The notes beneath the pieces are model-generated. The model was not told the DNA's origin, searched no databases, and was given only the letters and a program-made list of their open reading frames with translations. 64,000 bases of DNA from assembly GCA_016188425.1 (NCBI GenBank), contig JACPHX010000002.1, forward strand, positions 2,373-66,372, read 5' to 3'. Shown piece after piece: positions 58,937 through 64,000 of this stretch. A program made the translations under genes and the position numbers. Origin of the DNA: Candidatus Uhrbacteria bacterium (GTDB lineage Bacteria; Patescibacteriota; Patescibacteriia; UBA9934; GWF2-40-263). The stretch's first letter is position 1. Every line of letters begins with the position of its first letter.

Positions 58937-60834
58937 CCACCGTGAAGCGCACGGCAAAACAAGTCGCCTACTTTACATTATTGGGGACAGTTTTTTTTGT
59001 TTTCGTCTGCACGGCCGCGGGACTCGCCCTTGTCTTCTGGGCAAAACCCCAAGAAGGCCGTATAGCTCCCGGCACGTGGATCGGTGATGTCTCCGTAGGA
59101 GGACTGACTCCACAGCAAGCGCAAGAACAGGTCGAAAAACAAGCAGACCGTATTTTGACAGAAGGAATGATCCTGGAGGGACTGGGCCAAACCGCCACCT
59201 TGCCTCTTTCGACCTTGGTCGGATCCGACTTGGTCGAAGATGTGGAAATCAACGTCCGCTCTGCTTTGGATAAAGCCCAAGCAAGAGCCAACCACAAAAG
59301 CCCGCTCGTGCGGGCTCTCCTTTTGGCACAAGCGAATTTTTTTGGAGGAAATGCATATATCCCCGTTGAGATAACGCTCCACGAAGATGCCATCTCCGCA
59401 AACATCGCGCGCCTATTCGCGGAGAAAGAAACACCCGTCACAGACGCAGGATTCCTGTTTACAAAACAAGATGGTAATTGGGTGGGAGAAATTACCCCCG
59501 CCTCCGTCGGGACGCAAATCGATCTTCAAAGTGCCTTTACCGATCTGACCCGCTCCCTCACAAACCTCCGCCAGCGCCCGATCACCCTCGTCTTCCGTCA
59601 GACTCCCCCGACCATAAACGAAAGCGAAGCTCGTACCGCTGTACCAACAGCTCTTTCCTATCTCTCCCGCGCCCCCATCACCCTCACCATTCCCGCGGAC
59701 CACCCCGGAACAGACTTCATCCTTGATGACCAAAAAATAGCCCTACTGCTTACCCCAGGTGCCATCCCAGGAAAACCAATTGCCATCGATCAAGATGTCC
59801 TTACGCGCACACTCTCCCCGCTGCGAGATTCACTTGAAAACCCAGCGGTAAATGCCAGCCTTCATTTGGAGGAAGGCCGGGTCACCACGTTTTCTCCCAG
59901 CAAGGAGGGGGTGGTGATCGATTGGCAGACGCTCTCCAACTTACTCCAAGATGCCCTTTCCGGAAGTGAGAAGTCCATAGACATTCCTCTCATAAAAGCG
60001 GAACCAGATGTCACCGTCGGAGAACTGAATGACCTCGGTATCCGTGAACTCTTGGGGGTAGGTACCTCCAGCTATCGCAACAGTCCCACCAACCGCATAC
60101 GGAACATCAAAAACGGAGTACGCCTCTTAAATGGCCTTCTCATCGCTCCGGGAGAAACATTCTCCCTGATAAGCGCCCTCAAGCCGTTCACGCTTGAAAA
60201 TGGCTATTACCCAGAGCTCGTCATCAAAGGAGACAAAATCGAGCCGGAACTCGGGGGGGGGTTATGCCAAATCGGCACCACCACCTTTCGTGCCACCATG
60301 ATGAGCGGGCTTCCCGTCAAAGAACGGCGCAACCATTCGCTGGTGGTTTCCTATTACAACGACCCGCAAAACGGGAATCCGGGCACCGATGCCACCATTT
60401 ACGAACCCGCCCCGGATTTCAAATTTGAAAACAATACCGGCTATCACGTCCTCTTCCAGGCGGAAGTACTCGAAGACGTCCGACAATTGCGGTTCAGCTT
60501 TTGGGGCACCGCAGACGGCCGAATCGGCAGCTATTCACCGCCCGTGGTGCACCGATGGATTCCCGTCGGCGAACCGGTAAACACCGAAACGACCGACCTC
60601 AAGCCGGGAGAGCAAAAATGCCAGGAAGCGCATGTCGGAGCCGACGCTTCCTTCACCTACACGATCACGAATCCAGACGGTTCAACCACAGACGAACTCT
60701 TCACCTCTCACTACCGCCCGCTTCCAAAAATCTGTCTTGTGGGCGCAACCGAACCCGCCCCTTCGGATCCGAATCTGCCTCCCGCTGATCCTCTCCAAAC
60801 CCCCGCCGGCGAAACGCCTCTCACCGACGGCTAA
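58933..60834 (+). CDS. VanW-family protein with an N-terminal TM and PG-binding-like region
   Basis: NRIRNI, PGETFS, GGGLCQIGTT.FR, ERRNHS, GTDATIY. Confidence 0.88.
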   Translation: MTTVKRTAKQVAYFTLLGTVFFVFVCTAAGLALVFWAKPQEGRIAPGTWIGDVSVGGLTPQQAQEQVEKQADRILTEGMILEGLGQTATLPLSTLVGSDLVEDVEINVRSALDKAQARANHKSPLVRALLLAQANFFGGNAYIPVEITLHEDAISANIARLFAEKETPVTDAGFLFTKQDGNWVGEITPASVGTQIDLQSAFTDLTRSLTNLRQRPITLVFRQTPPTINESEARTAVPTALSYLSRAPITLTIPADHPGTDFILDDQKIALLLTPGAIPGKPIAIDQDVLTRTLSPLRDSLENPAVNASLHLEEGRVTTFSPSKEGVVIDWQTLSNLLQDALSGSEKSIDIPLIKAEPDVTVGELNDLGIRELLGVGTSSYRNSPTNRIRNIKNGVRLLNGLLIAPGETFSLISALKPFTLENGYYPELVIKGDKIEPELGGGLCQIGTTTFRATMMSGLPVKERRNHSLVVSYYNDPQNGNPGTDATIYEPAPDFKFENNTGYHVLFQAEVLEDVRQLRFSFWGTADGRIGSYSPPVVHRWIPVGEPVNTETTDLKPGEQKCQEAHVGADASFTYTITNPDGSTTDELFTSHYRPLPKICLVGATEPAPSDPNLPPADPLQTPAGETPLTDG

Positions 60835-60896
60835 TGTTATCCACAAAAATCTCTTCCCAGAAAAAAAGGATGGGCGTACCATCTTTTCACGAGCGC

Positions 60897-61086
60897 AAAA
60901 AACAAAACGCTCCGCCAGAATGACGGAGCGCCCTGTCAGAGAAGAAACTTTTCTTCTCACCTCTAGATGGACAGAAGCCTGCAGACAAGAAATTTTGTCC
61001 GTGGAAAGGTCGAGGCGAACCCCGAGCTTCCGCGAGAGCAAAATCCCATGCTTGTCGTGTCTGCAGGCTTCTATCTACCTTCAGAC
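60897..61086 (-). ncRNA. candidate ~190-nt ncRNA (6S-like rod)
   Basis: Promoter TTGACA-17-TATCAT (61120-61092); 15-bp perfect stem; G-U-containing stems and a UUCG loop on the minus strand; terminator CGCTCCGTCA-ttc-TGGCGGAGCG-TTTT. Confidence 0.65.
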
Positions 61087-61193
61087 AACCAATGATACCA
61101 GGTGGGTTATTTTTTGTCAAGCGGACGAACACAAAAAGCTTTTCAATCAATTACGGCGAAAATTCCGCAAAAATATCAAAGAAAAAAGAGGCG

Positions 61194-61802
61194 TTACGCC
61201 TCTTTTTTAATCACCGCATCGATGAGCCCGTACGCTTTCGCGTCTTCCGGATCCATAAAATTGTCGCGTTCCGTATCTTGTTCCACCTTCGCCTTCTTCT
61301 GCCCCGTATGCGAAGAGAGGATTAAATTCAGCTTGTCTTTGATCTTGAGGATGCGCTCCGCATGGATCTTGATGTCCGTTGCTTGGCCTTGCACGCCGCC
61401 CAATACCTGATGAATCATGATTTCTGCGTTCGGGAGGGCAAAACGCTTCCCTGCGGCTCCTGCGGCCAAGAGGACGGCGCCCATGGACGCAGCCAAACCG
61501 ACACAAGTCGTGGAAACATCCGGTTTCACGTATTGCATCGCGTCATAGATAGCGAGGCCGGCGGTGACGGATCCGCCCGGGGAGTTGATGTAGAGCTTGA
61601 TGTCCTTGGTTTTATCCTGCGTTTCCAAAAAAAGCATCTGCGCGATCACGAGATTCGCGACCGTGTCGTTGATTTCGGTTCCCAGAAAGATGATACGATC
61701 CTTAAGGAGACGGGAATAGATATCGTAGGCGCGCTCGCCCATGTGGGTCTTTTCGATGACGGTCGGGACGAGGATCTGGTTAGAAATCTGTTCATGAGAC
61801 AT
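61194..61802 (-). CDS. clpP: ClpP protease
   Basis: [23 protein letters not shown]. Confidence 0.97.
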   Translation of the reverse strand: MSHEQISNQILVPTVIEKTHMGERAYDIYSRLLKDRIIFLGTEINDTVANLVIAQMLFLETQDKTKDIKLYINSPGGSVTAGLAIYDAMQYVKPDVSTTCVGLAASMGAVLLAAGAAGKRFALPNAEIMIHQVLGGVQGQATDIKIHAERILKIKDKLNLILSSHTGQKKAKVEQDTERDNFMDPEDAKAYGLIDAVIKKEA

Positions 61803-61810
61803 AGAGGTGT

Positions 61811-62773
61811 TCAAAAACGTTCAATGCGATGCGAACCATCGGGGAGCTGATGAATTTTAGCCTTTTCTACGGTAAACCCGGCGGCGCGCGTATGCCCTCC
61901 CCCGCCAAAGGCGCGGGCAATCAGGGACACGTCCCGATGAGAGCTGCGCATGCTGCACGAAACCCCGCCCGCTTGGTTCTCCCGTAACACGAGCAGCGTA
62001 TCAATGTTCAAGACGAATTTCAAGAAATTGGAAAGGCCTCCGACTTCTTCCTCGTCCACGTCCGCCAGAGCCAGGTCGGCTCGCGTAATGAACGTGGAGA
62101 TGAACCCGAACGGTTTGTGCTCATGAAGCCGGTCAAACGCCAATCCCCACAATCGAAGCGAGGCAACGCTGTGGCTTTTCGTCAGCGCCTGTTGGATTAC
62201 GGGGAGACGCCCGCCCAAACGAACCAAATCCGCGATCATACGGAATGATGCTTCGTTTGTATTGCTATTGCGAAGCAAACTCGTATCGAAACCAATCCCT
62301 GCAAGAAGGCAGAGGGCAGCGGGTGGCGAAATCTTCTGTCGAACATAATTCAAAAGCCGGTACAGCAACTCTGCCGTGGCAGGTGCCTTTTCATCAACAA
62401 GGTTCAGATCGCCATAGCGGGAGTTCGTCGCATGGTGGTCGACGTTGATGAGAAGGACTCCTGGAGGAAAACTGGGGCGCAGGGACTCGATATATGGCGC
62501 GTCGGAGCAATCAAAGGAAATGATGAGGTCTGGGTTCAATGCTTTTGCCTTGGATACATCTTGTGTGCAGAGGGAGAGATGGGGCAGGAATTGGTAGAGT
62601 GGAGGGACAAGTTCAGAGACAAGGACGACCACCTGTTTCCCCTCCTGGATCAGGATATCCGCCAAAGCCAAGGATGACCCCAAACTATCCCCATCCACCC
62701 GTTTATCAGGAACAATAAGAATCCGGCTCGCCGCCATGATCTTCCCCCATGCTTCTGTGAACAAAAGTTCCAT
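61811..62773 (-). CDS. nrnA: DHH/DHHA1 phosphoesterase (NrnA-like)
   Basis: DGDSLGS, VDHH, SMRS, GGGGH..AAG. Confidence 0.88.
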   Translation of the reverse strand: MELLFTEAWGKIMAASRILIVPDKRVDGDSLGSSLALADILIQEGKQVVVLVSELVPPLYQFLPHLSLCTQDVSKAKALNPDLIISFDCSDAPYIESLRPSFPPGVLLINVDHHATNSRYGDLNLVDEKAPATAELLYRLLNYVRQKISPPAALCLLAGIGFDTSLLRNSNTNEASFRMIADLVRLGGRLPVIQQALTKSHSVASLRLWGLAFDRLHEHKPFGFISTFITRADLALADVDEEEVGGLSNFLKFVLNIDTLLVLRENQAGGVSCSMRSSHRDVSLIARAFGGGGHTRAAGFTVEKAKIHQLPDGSHRIERF

Positions 62774-62832
62774 AAGGGGAGGATGCTACGGGATATTGGG
62801 GAGGCGGTCAACCCTGCTATACTACCCAACGT

Positions 62833-64000
62833 ATGCACCTATCGGGCCTCACCATCCAAGGGTTTAAGACGTTTGCCAAGAAAACAACCCTTCCTTTTTC
62901 TCCGCCGAAAATCGGGCATATCCCGGTCACAGGCGTCGTTGGACCAAACGGGTCTGGGAAATCAAACGTTGCCGACGCGATTCGGTGGGTGTTAGGAGAG
63001 CAAAGTTTAAAGCTGTTGCGTGGCAAAAAATCAGAAGATGTCATCTTCTCTGGCTCTGAAGGCCGTGGAAAGAGCGGCTTTGCAGAGGTTTCTTTGACGC
63101 TTGATAACGCGGACCGCGCGATCGACCTCGATGCCGCCGAAATCACCATCACCCGCCGTCTCTATCGAAGCGGTGAAGGCGAGTACCTCGTGAACCAACA
63201 ACCCGCCCGCCTTCTGGACCTCCTCCAATGGCTCGCCCAGGCCAATGTCGGCCAAAAATCGTACTCCGTCATCGGCCAAGGGATGATCGACCACGTCCTC
63301 ATCGCTTCCCCAGAAGAGCGGAAGACGTTTTTTGATGACGCCACCGGTGTCCGCCCTCTCCAGCTGAAACGTCACGAAGCAATGCTCAAGCTCATCCGCA
63401 GCTGCGAGCATCTCTCGGAAATCCAACGTATCCTCCAAGAAATCGAACCGCGCGTCCGCTCGCTCAAGCGCCAGGTCGCACGGCTGGAGGAACGCGAAGC
63501 TGTAGAACGCCAGCTCCTGGCTCTCGAAGGTCGTTTTTATGGCTCCCAGTGGTGGAGCATTCAAGACGATCTCAAGGAGCTTCAAGGAAAAGAAGCACCG
63601 ATTAAGACGGCTTTGGAAGAAAAGAAGGTAAAACGGAAGGCACTGGAAGAAAAGTTCGCAGCACTCGCGTCTGATGGTCCGTCTCAAGACACGACAGCCG
63701 ACCAAGGACTCGCCGCGCTCCAGTCGGAACAGACGAGATTGCAAAAAGAAATCTCGCGATTGAGGGAGGAACAATTCCAGGCGGAGAAAACCCTCGAGAT
63801 CAAGAAAATCCAATCGCAATCAAGTTGGTCTCCCCTTCCGCTTGATTCGATCACGCGAGAGTTGGGATCGATTACGACGGAACAGACGGCGCTTCTCATT
63901 GAATTAAAAGCGGCGACCACGACCGAGACGATCCAGTCGCTTCTTCCAAGAATCGAACGTCTCTTCGGCCAAAGCGGCGCCCTCCTCAAACGTCTCCAAC
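62833..64000 (+). CDS. smc: chromosome segregation protein SMC (runs off window end)
   Basis: MHLSGLTIQGFKTFA, VGPNGSGKSNVADAIRWVLGEQS, IGQGMID, then coiled coil. Confidence 0.93.
   Translation, partial: MHLSGLTIQGFKTFAKKTTLPFSPPKIGHIPVTGVVGPNGSGKSNVADAIRWVLGEQSLKLLRGKKSEDVIFSGSEGRGKSGFAEVSLTLDNADRAIDLDAAEITITRRLYRSGEGEYLVNQQPARLLDLLQWLAQANVGQKSYSVIGQGMIDHVLIASPEERKTFFDDATGVRPLQLKRHEAMLKLIRSCEHLSEIQRILQEIEPRVRSLKRQVARLEEREAVERQLLALEGRFYGSQWWSIQDDLKELQGKEAPIKTALEEKKVKRKALEEKFAALASDGPSQDTTADQGLAALQSEQTRLQKEISRLREEQFQAEKTLEIKKIQSQSSWSPLPLDSITRELGSITTEQTALLIELKAATTTETIQSLLPRIERLFGQSGALLKRLQ

Overview
The window looks like a segment of a reduced-genome bacterium, most likely Patescibacteria/CPR (Parcubacteria-like). 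This is inferred from the compact IF-2, the split ComEC, the cohesin/dockerin surface operon, the pilB-like ATPase and the pyrimidine-rich, SD-less start contexts. Most of it is housekeeping: murA, ndk, leuS, gdh, trxAB, infB, truB, rny, HU, proS, xth, rnc, nusB, rpmF, gyrA, rpsA, ftsH, tsaDE, arfB, clpP, nrnA and smc. It also holds four tRNAs (Pro-GGG, Arg-UCG, Lys-CUU, Glu-UUC), three TA modules and a ~9 kb surface-protein operon. The most striking unexplained signal is at 52660-52864, divergent from arfB. A 68-nt D-arm-less tRNA-like RNA with an Ala-type G3-U70 acceptor stem (resembling the tmRNA tRNA-like domain) is followed by a second small RNA. That second RNA has its own promoter and terminator, and its predicted +1 begins a ~25-bp antisense match to the first RNA. 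Other candidates are a caspase/gingipain-like three-gene operon in a tRNA-Lys islet, a divergent RelA/SpoT-fold protein, several promoter- and terminator-bounded structured RNAs, and REP-like or short tandem repeats inserted in frame into essential genes. All calls come from reading the sequence by eye; no searches or folding programs were run.
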